Positions 56,489 to 64,000 of a stretch of 64,000 bases of DNA are shown here, piece by piece. The DNA comes from an uncultured Spirochaetota bacterium (GTDB lineage Bacteria; Spirochaetota; Spirochaetia; SZUA-6; Fen-1364). The stretch spans positions 1,216,001 through 1,280,000 of the forward strand of contig CAWGAA010000001.1 in the NCBI GenBank assembly GCA_963820525.1, in the 5' to 3' direction. The position numbers were made by a program, and so were the translations under genes. Under the pieces are notes generated by a model. The model was not told the DNA's origin. It ran no database searches and saw only the letters and a list, made by a program, of their open reading frames with translations. The stretch's first letter is position 1, and every line of letters starts with the position of its first letter.

Positions 56489-59400
56489 GTGAGCCTACGA
56501 CAAACTTTTTCTAACCCATTCTTCGAGCACCCCGTTCTGAACTCCCCTTATGCGATTCCTACTCGGCATTGGGAACTTGATACAAATGGGCAACCTACCC
56601 AGCAAATCATTGAACGTCGGCGTCGGGCAGAGTTTATCACACCGATCCCGAAGCCGAAGAAGCACAAGAAGGCTGCCAAGCAGGATGAGTTCGTTTTCGA
56701 CGAAGGAAAGGGGCTTTCAACAAAGGAACAGCAATACGATCCCACTTCGATTATCAACGAAGTGCGCGGACACGTGGACGCTTGGCGTTCCTTGCCCCCT
56801 AATCACTGGCAAGTCACACCAGAAACGGCCCGTCTTCTTCAGCATTGGCGTTACCATGAGTTCAACAGTGTCCGTCCGTTTTTCTGCCAGGTCGAAGCGG
56901 CGGAAACCGTCATATGGCTTATTGAGGTCGCGCCCCAATTTAAAGATGGGAAGCGCTTGCTCGGTCATCTCGCTTCCGCGAACTCGGACGCCAACCCGGA
57001 GCTGATGCGACTTGCGCTGAAGCTTGCAACCGGTGCCGGTAAAACGACGGTGATGGCAATGATCATCGCATGGCAGACGGTCAACGCGGTGCGTCGGCCT
57101 GGCAGCGGGCATTTCACCCGCGGCTTTCTGGTTTGCACTCCTGGCTTGACGATCAAGGATAGGTTGCGAGTCCTTCAGCCATTCGACCCCGACTGTTACT
57201 ATGCAAGCCGGGAACTCGTTCCCAACGACATGCTCGACGATGTGAACAGGGCCAAAATCGTTATAACCAATTTCCATGCTTTCAAACTTAGAGAACGCGT
57301 GGAACTGTCCGCCGGTGGCCGCTCGCTTCTCCAAGGTCGTACCGGTGCCGAACTCAATACGTTGGAGACCGAGGGCCAGATGCTCCAACGCGTAATGCCC
57401 GATCTAATGGGAATAAAGAACATTCTCGTAATCAACGATGAAGCGCACCACTGCTACCGTGAGAAGCCGACCGCTGTTGACGCAGGCGATCTGAAAGGCG
57501 ACGAGAGAAGGGAGGCGGAGAAGAACAATGAAGCCGCCCGCGTTTGGATTTCCGGCCTCGAAGCAGTGAAACGCAAGCTTGGCGTCAATCGTGTCATTGA
57601 CCTATCTGCAACGCCGTTTTTTCTTCGCGGCTCGGGATACGCTGAGGGAACTCTGTTCCCATGGGCGATGAGCGATTTTTCGCTCATGGATTCAATCGAG
57701 TGCGGCATCGTCAAACTTCCGCGTGTCCCGGTTGCAGAGAATATTCCCGGCGACGAGATGCCAATGTTTCGCAATCTCTGGGAGAACATTCGCAAAGATA
57801 TGCCCAAGAAGGGACGCCGGCAAGGTGAGGAACTCGACCCGCTCAAGCTCCCGACTCGGTTGCAGACCGCGCTTCAGGCGCTGTACGGCCACTACGAGAA
57901 GACCTTCAAGCTTTGGGAAGAGAAGGGAATCAATGTTCCCCCGTGTTTTATTATTGTCTGCCAGAACACCTCCATCTCAAAGCTCGTCTATGACTACGTC
58001 TCCGGCTTCCAGCGAAAGAACGACGACGGCTCCACCACCTTGGAGAACGGGCGTCTTGCCTTGTTTCGCAATTTCGATGAAACTACGGGCAACCCACTTC
58101 CGCGTCCGAATACAATCCTCATCGACAGCGAGCAGCTCGAAGCAGGGGACGCTCTCGACGAGAACTTTCGCGCCATGGCTTCAGATGAGATTGAGCGGTT
58201 TCGCCGTGAGATCATCGAGCGCACCGGAGATTTGCGTGCCGGTGAAAATATCAGCGACCAGGAACTTCTGCGCGAGGTTATGAACACCGTCGGAAAGCCC
58301 GGCCAGCTTGGTGGTTCCATCCACTGTGTCGTTTCGGTTTCAATGCTCACCGAGGGCTGGGATGCCAATACCGTAACCCACGTCCTCGGCATCCGCGCCT
58401 TCGGCACCCAACTTCTGTGCGAGCAGGTGATTGGTCGGGCGTTGCGTCGCCAGTCTTACGATCTCAACGAAGAGGGACTCTTCAACGTTGAATATGCTGA
58501 TGTCTTTGGCGTTCCGTTCGACTTCACCGCCAAACCAGTCATCGCCCCACCGCAACCGCCGCGTGAGACGATTCAAGTTAAGGCAGTTAGCCCAGAACGC
58601 GACATCCTTGAAATCCGCTTTCCTCGCGTTGAAGGCTATCGCGTTGAGTTGCCGGAGGAACGTCTGAGCGCCAAGTTCAACGATGACTCCGTCCTCGTTC
58701 TTAGCCCTGAAATCGTAGGCCCGTCCATTACAAGAAACCAGGGCATCATTGGCAAGAGCGTAGACATGCGCCTCGATCATCTGGGCGACATGCGGCCCTC
58801 TTCGCTGGTGTTTTACGTTACCCAACGGCTGCTTTACACGAAATGGCGTGACCCCGGCGAGGAACCGAAGCTGCACCTTTTTGGTCAGCTCAAACGCATC
58901 ACAAAGCAATGGCTAGACACGTGCCTTGTGTGTAATGGAGGCACCTATCCAGCGCTTCTCATGTATCAGGAACTTGCCGACATGGCCTGCAACAGGATCA
59001 ACGCAGCCATCACCAGCCAGTTCCTTGGAGAGCGTCCTATCAAGGCGTTGCTCGATCCTTACAATCCCAGCGGCTCCACGATGCACGTTCGCTTTAATAC
59101 CTCCCGGAAAGAACTATGGGACACAAGTGGTCCGCCGCCAAAAAACCATGTTAACTGGGTAGTGCTTGATAGCGACTGGGAGGCTGAGTTTTGTCGGGTC
59201 GCTGAATCGCATCCCAAAGTGATTGCTTACACCAAGAATCAGAACCTGGGGTTTGAAGTTCCGTATCGCTACGGCTCCGAGACACGGAAGTATTTACCCG
59301 ACTTCATCGTGTTGGTCGATGACGGCCAGCGACCGGACGATCCGCTTCAGCTCGTAGTCGAAATCAAGGGCTACCGACGCGAGGACGCTAAGGAGAAGAA

Positions 59401-59566
59401 GTCAGCTATGGAGACCTACTGGGTGCCTGGCGTGAACCATCTTGGTAGCTATGGCCGCTGGGCATTCGCTGAGTTCACGGAGATCTATCAGATCGAGGCC
59501 GATTTCAAGACCAAGGTCGAAAGCGAGTTCAATAAGATGATTGAGTCTGTTGCGAATAAGCAATAA
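56489..59566 (+). CDS. Type III restriction endonuclease (Res) subunit
   Basis: ATGAGKT, NDEAHH, SATP, MLTEGWD, QVIGRALRR, C-terminal PDF..VEIKG nuclease motif. Confidence 0.92.
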   Translation: MSLRQTFSNPFFEHPVLNSPYAIPTRHWELDTNGQPTQQIIERRRRAEFITPIPKPKKHKKAAKQDEFVFDEGKGLSTKEQQYDPTSIINEVRGHVDAWRSLPPNHWQVTPETARLLQHWRYHEFNSVRPFFCQVEAAETVIWLIEVAPQFKDGKRLLGHLASANSDANPELMRLALKLATGAGKTTVMAMIIAWQTVNAVRRPGSGHFTRGFLVCTPGLTIKDRLRVLQPFDPDCYYASRELVPNDMLDDVNRAKIVITNFHAFKLRERVELSAGGRSLLQGRTGAELNTLETEGQMLQRVMPDLMGIKNILVINDEAHHCYREKPTAVDAGDLKGDERREAEKNNEAARVWISGLEAVKRKLGVNRVIDLSATPFFLRGSGYAEGTLFPWAMSDFSLMDSIECGIVKLPRVPVAENIPGDEMPMFRNLWENIRKDMPKKGRRQGEELDPLKLPTRLQTALQALYGHYEKTFKLWEEKGINVPPCFIIVCQNTSISKLVYDYVSGFQRKNDDGSTTLENGRLALFRNFDETTGNPLPRPNTILIDSEQLEAGDALDENFRAMASDEIERFRREIIERTGDLRAGENISDQELLREVMNTVGKPGQLGGSIHCVVSVSMLTEGWDANTVTHVLGIRAFGTQLLCEQVIGRALRRQSYDLNEEGLFNVEYADVFGVPFDFTAKPVIAPPQPPRETIQVKAVSPERDILEIRFPRVEGYRVELPEERLSAKFNDDSVLVLSPEIVGPSITRNQGIIGKSVDMRLDHLGDMRPSSLVFYVTQRLLYTKWRDPGEEPKLHLFGQLKRITKQWLDTCLVCNGGTYPALLMYQELADMACNRINAAITSQFLGERPIKALLDPYNPSGSTMHVRFNTSRKELWDTSGPPPKNHVNWVVLDSDWEAEFCRVAESHPKVIAYTKNQNLGFEVPYRYGSETRKYLPDFIVLVDDGQRPDDPLQLVVEIKGYRREDAKEKKSAMETYWVPGVNHLGSYGRWAFAEFTEIYQIEADFKTKVESEFNKMIESVANKQ

Positions 59567-59582
59567 TGGAGATCAAGTAGCA

Positions 59583-62354
59583 ATGGCCAAGAAATCCACC
59601 GCAAAGACAGTTGAAGCCTTCAAGCACGAGGCCGATAAGCGGAAGAACATCCCTACGGCTGAGTTTCAGTCCGTCCTCAAGCCAGACGAGCAGAAACCCG
59701 TGAAGGTGCGATACCCACGTAACACCGACCTGGACCCCCAGTTGGTCTGGCGCGGTAAGGATGAGCAGGACTGGAGCGATCTCGTTGTCCACGCGCCGCC
59801 TCTCTACATCCAAGAGAAGGTTCTACCCAAAGTGCTCATCGACGACCTGCTCCGCGATACGAGGGAACGCGAACATGAGGCCGGAATGACTACGCCTGAT
59901 CTGTTCGCAGACTTCAACGGCATCCCAAAGGGCGTTGACAAGACAGAGTTCTACCAGCACGACCAGAACTGGAGTAATCGGATGATTCTCGGTGACTCGC
60001 TCCAAGTCATGGCCAGCCTGGCAGAGCGTGAGGGCTTGCGTGGCAAGGTGCAGTGCATCTACATCGACCCGCCCTACGGAATCAAGTTCAACAGCAACTT
60101 TCAGTGGTCCACCACCAGCCGCGATGTGAAGGACGGCAAGGCAGACCATATCACCCGCGAGCCAGAGCAGGTTAAAGCTTTCCGCGACACTTGGCGTGAC
60201 GGCATCCACAGCTACTTGGCCTATCTTCGAGACCGCCTCACTGTCGCCCGCGATCTGCTCGCTGAGTCCGGTTCCATTTTCGTTCAGATCAGTGATGAGA
60301 ACGTGCATCGTGTTCGTGCGGTGATGGATGAAGTCCTTGGAGATGCCAATTTCTGTGCGGTTATCTCCTTCGCCAAGACGACGGGACAAACCACAAAGGT
60401 GCTTTCGCAGACGGCAGACTCGATCCTGTGGTATGCCAAACAAGGCTCGGCGGTGAAGCACAGGGCCTATTCGACTCTCGAAAGCCCATAGAAAATCCAA
60501 ACGAACGCTATGTGTGCGTCGAAACGGCGGATGGCCGGATTATCGACCTAAGTGTCAGGCAAAAAACTGGCGAAATGCCCATTCCAAAGGGAAGAATTCT
60601 TCGTCTAGACAATCTAACATCACAAACGGGAGGGGACTCTAGGCAGGTTTACCGTTGCGTTCCAGTCAGGCGACTACGTGCCCTACACCAATCGTGGTTG
60701 GTCAACCAGCCGCACAGGCATAGAGCGCCTAAGGCGAGCCGACTTTCTCGTTGCAGTGGGCAAGTCTCTGCTCTGGAAAAGTTACCGGGATGTGTTCTTG
60801 TTCAAGCCTATCACGACCGATTGGCAAGCTCTGAAACCCTCTGGCTTCGGCGACGAGAAGGTCTATGTTGTTCAAACGACTCCGGAGGTTATTGCGCGCT
60901 GCATCCTAATGACGACTGATCCGGGGGACTTAGTTCTAGACCCCACCTGCGGTGGTGGCACCACAGCCTATGTAGCCGAGCAATGGGGACGCCGCTGGAT
61001 CACGATAGACACCTCGCGAGTGGCGCTGGCGCTGGCCCGTGCCCGTATTATGGGTGCGCGCTATCCATTTTATCTTTTGGCCGACTCCCGTGAAGGCCAG
61101 TTCAAGGAAGCCGAGATCACTAGCAGCGCGCCATCTTCGCAGCCGACGCACGGAAACGTCCGGCACGGCTTCATCTATGAGCGTGTTCCGCACGTCACCC
61201 TCAAGTCAATCGCTAACAATGCAGAGATCGATGTCATCTCGGACAAATGGAATGTCGTGCTTGAGCCGTTGCGTGAGAGGTTGAGCGCCGCACTCAAGGA
61301 GCAGTGGCAGGAGTGGGAGATTCCGCGTGAAGCGGACAAAGCCTGGTCAGAGCCAGTGAAGAAACTGCACGCCGATTGGTGGCAGGCCCGCATCGCCCGA
61401 CAGAGGGAGATCGACAAGTCAATCGCCGCCAAAGCGGAGTTTGAATACCTCTACGACAGGCCCTATGAGGATAAGAAAAAGGTCCGCGTGGCCGGTCCCT
61501 TCACCGTGGAGAGCCTCAGCCCTCATCGGGTTTTGGGTGTGGATGAGAACGACGAACTGCTCGGTGTAGTGCGGGAAGACGACGCCAAAGGTTCTTTCCC
61601 CCAGATGATCCTTGAGAACCTCAAGACCGCGGGCGTTCAACAGGCGCACAAGGATGACCGGATCACATTCACAGCCCTTACTCCATGGCCTGGGGAGTTG
61701 ATCTGCGCTGAAGGTCGTTACATGGAGGGCGAGACCGAGAAACGGGCCGCAATCTTCATTGGTCCAGAGTTTGGCACAGTCCAGCGCGCCGACCTCGTTG
61801 CCGCTGCCCGTGAAGCGGGGGATGCCGGGTTCGATGTTCTCATTGCTTGCGCCTTTAATTACGAGGCGCACACTACAGAGTTCACCAAACTGGGTCGCAT
61901 TCCAGTGCTCAAGGCCCGCATGAACGCCGACCTCCACATGGCGGAGGACCTCAAGAATACGGGCAAGGGGAACCTCTTCGTCATCTTTGGCGAGCCGGAC
62001 ATCACCCTAATCAATGAGAAGGACGGCAAACTATGTGTGAAGGTGAACGGCGTGGATGTATTCAAACCTCAAACCGGAGAGGTTATCAGTGACAATGCTG
62101 ACGGCATTGCTTGCTGGTTCATCGACACCGACTACAACGGAGAAAGTTTTTTCGTTCGTCATGCCTATTTCCTAGGTACTAACGATCCCTACAACTCCTT
62201 GAAAACGACGCTGAAGGCGGAAATCGATCCGGAAGCCTGGGCAAGCCTAAATAGCGACATCTCACGGCCTTTTGAACGGCCAAAGAACGGCCGCATTGCT
62301 GTGAAGGTAATCAACCATCTTGGTGACGAGGTGATGAAAATCTTCAAAGTGTGA
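59583..62354 (+). CDS. Type III DNA methyltransferase (Mod), with two compensating frameshifts (~60463, ~60641)
   Basis: YIDPPYG, DPTCGGGTT, C-terminal IAVKVINHLGDE; the middle segment is in another frame. Confidence 0.88.
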
Positions 62355-62358
62355 TGCC

Positions 62359-64000
62359 ATGGATTTTCTCATCGCCGACACGTTCACTGACAGCCTCGCC
62401 CGTTTGACAGAAGAGGAAAAAAAGGCAGTCAAGACAACGGCGTTTGACCTGCAACTGAATCCTGCCAATCCTGGCATGAGCTTCCACAAACTTGATAGGG
62501 CGAAGGACAAGAACTTCTGGTCGGTGCGGGTTAGTAATGACATTCGGCTGATCGTTCACAAGAGCGACAAAAGCCTTTTGCTTTGCTACGTCGGTCATCA
62601 CGACAAAGCTTACGAATGGGCCGAACGACGCAAAGTGGAGACGCACCCGAAAACTGGCGCGGCACAGTTGGTTGAGATACGGGAGACGGTGAAGGAGGTT
62701 GTTGTCCCATTCTACGGACAAGCGGAACTTGCTGATTCGACCAAGCCCGTGGCGGAGAAGAAACCTATTTTCGCCGAGGTGTCCGATGACGAACTCCTGA
62801 GCTATGGCGTGCCAGCCGAATGGGTTAACGACGTCAAGAAGGCTACTGACGATACCCTGCTAGCGTTGAGTGACCACCTACCCGCTGAGGCCGCGGAGGC
62901 GTTGCTGGAACTTGCGACTGGTGGCAAGCCGCGTGCCTTCCAACCCGCAGCGCAGGCGAATCCTTTCGATCATCCCGATGCCCAGCGACGCTTCCGCGTG
63001 ATGACGAATGTGGAAGAGTTGAAGCGCGCCCTTGAGTTCCCGTGGGATAGGTGGACTATTTTCCTTCACCCCGAACAGAGGGAGTTGGTAGAACGTGAAT
63101 ACACTGGTCCAGCCCGCGTCTCTGGTTCAGCGGGGACAGGCAAGACTATCGTAGCGCTACATCGGGCTGCCCATTTGGCGCGGAAGGAGCCCGAGGCTCG
63201 GGTACTGTTGACGACATTCTCCGATACCCTCGCGAATACGCTACAAACGATGCTGAAGCGACTGCTAAGCAGCGAACCGAGCCTTGCGGAGCGGATTGAT
63301 GTTTATTCGTTGAATGCCATTGGTCTTCGGCTTTACAAAGCGCAACTCGGAGAGGTAACCATCGCCAGCCAAGAAGAGTTGAGCGAATTGATGAAAGACG
63401 CCGCGACCGCCGTGAAGGGTCATAAGTTCAACTTCCATTTCCTCCTAGCAGAATGGGAGCAGGTGGTGGATGCCTGGCAGTTGGAGAACTGGGAGGCGTA
63501 TCGCGATATCGTTCGCCTTGGCAGGAAGACCCGGCTCCCGGAGGCGCAGCGAAAGGTGCTGTGGTCCATCTTTGAGCGCGTTCTTTCCGGACTGAAAGAT
63601 CGAAAGCTAATCACATATGCAGAGTTGTTCACTAGGCTGGCAGCCACGATCTCGAAAAACAATAAGATAGTGTTCGACTTCGTGGTCGTGGATGAGGCCC
63701 AGGACATTAGTATCGCCAATCTTCAATTCATAGCCGCCTTGGGCGGAGGTCGGCCCAGGGCTCTCTTCTTCGCTGGCGATCTGGGCCAGCGCATCTTTCA
63801 GCAGCCCTTCTCCTGGAAAGCACTCGGAGTGGACATTCGAGGGCGCTCCCGAACCCTGCGTGTCAACTATCGCACCTCGCATCAGATACGAACCCAAGCT
63901 GACCTTCTGCTCGGCCCCGTGGTGACCGATGTAGATGGCAGCAGCGAGGACCGGAGCGATACGATTTCGGTGTTCAACGGCCAGCCTCCGACGATTCGCT
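62359..64000 (+). CDS. UvrD-type SF1 helicase with an N-terminal RelE-like domain (partial, runs off the right edge)
   Basis: Manual translation: MDFLIADTF..FWSVRVSNDIRLIVH..YVGHHD.AY, then GSAGTGKT, VVDEAQD, GDLGQRIF, NYRTS. Confidence 0.88.
   Translation, partial: MDFLIADTFTDSLARLTEEEKKAVKTTAFDLQLNPANPGMSFHKLDRAKDKNFWSVRVSNDIRLIVHKSDKSLLLCYVGHHDKAYEWAERRKVETHPKTGAAQLVEIRETVKEVVVPFYGQAELADSTKPVAEKKPIFAEVSDDELLSYGVPAEWVNDVKKATDDTLLALSDHLPAEAAEALLELATGGKPRAFQPAAQANPFDHPDAQRRFRVMTNVEELKRALEFPWDRWTIFLHPEQRELVEREYTGPARVSGSAGTGKTIVALHRAAHLARKEPEARVLLTTFSDTLANTLQTMLKRLLSSEPSLAERIDVYSLNAIGLRLYKAQLGEVTIASQEELSELMKDAATAVKGHKFNFHFLLAEWEQVVDAWQLENWEAYRDIVRLGRKTRLPEAQRKVLWSIFERVLSGLKDRKLITYAELFTRLAATISKNNKIVFDFVVVDEAQDISIANLQFIAALGGGRPRALFFAGDLGQRIFQQPFSWKALGVDIRGRSRTLRVNYRTSHQIRTQADLLLGPVVTDVDGSSEDRSDTISVFNGQPPTIR

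Noticed and set aside
60455..60680. Phase variation of mod by simple sequence repeats
   Set aside because: There is no long homopolymer or tandem repeat tract at either frameshift.
1..64000. CRISPR array, tRNA or rRNA genes
   Set aside because: No regularly spaced short repeats or recognisable structural RNA genes were seen by eye; a covariance search was not run.

Overview
A high-GC bacterial window with five zones. (1) 1-4.9 kb: two sugar-binding lipoproteins behind a sigma54-type promoter, plus a HAMP histidine kinase and an NtrC-type regulator. (2) 5.2-29.5 kb: a large divergent arsenic-resistance island. The left arm reads arsR-arsD-arsA, FmdB zinc ribbon, thioredoxin-like, 2x YlbF-like, CoaC-type flavoprotein, sufC-sufBD and 2x YlbF-like, then runs through a rearranged duplicate into two xanthine-oxidase-family molybdoenzymes. 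Four of the small left-arm proteins end in Cys and a fifth in Cys-Gly. The right arm reads arsR, USP, ArsP-type permease, small thioredoxin, two ferredoxins, HdrA-N-like protein, an unannotated 24-aa CC..CC peptide, acr3, ArsF/ArsG-like genes and split permeases. (3) 31-42.4 kb: a defence island. It holds a broken AIPR gene, a four-gene cassette (P-loop ATPase-TIR/NDT fusion, CARF-like protein, TIR, caspase) bracketed by ~200-bp structured inverted repeats, and a DUF2130-ParB-hypothetical operon hit by an IS1595. (4) 42.5-54.6 kb: a patchwork of intact metabolic genes and gene fragments around two IS91-family remnants. (5) 54.7-64 kb: an IS630-disrupted XRE regulator, a type III R-M system and a RelE-UvrD helicase. 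Several single-base frameshifts may be sequencing errors. All family assignments come from motif recognition by eye; no searches were run.
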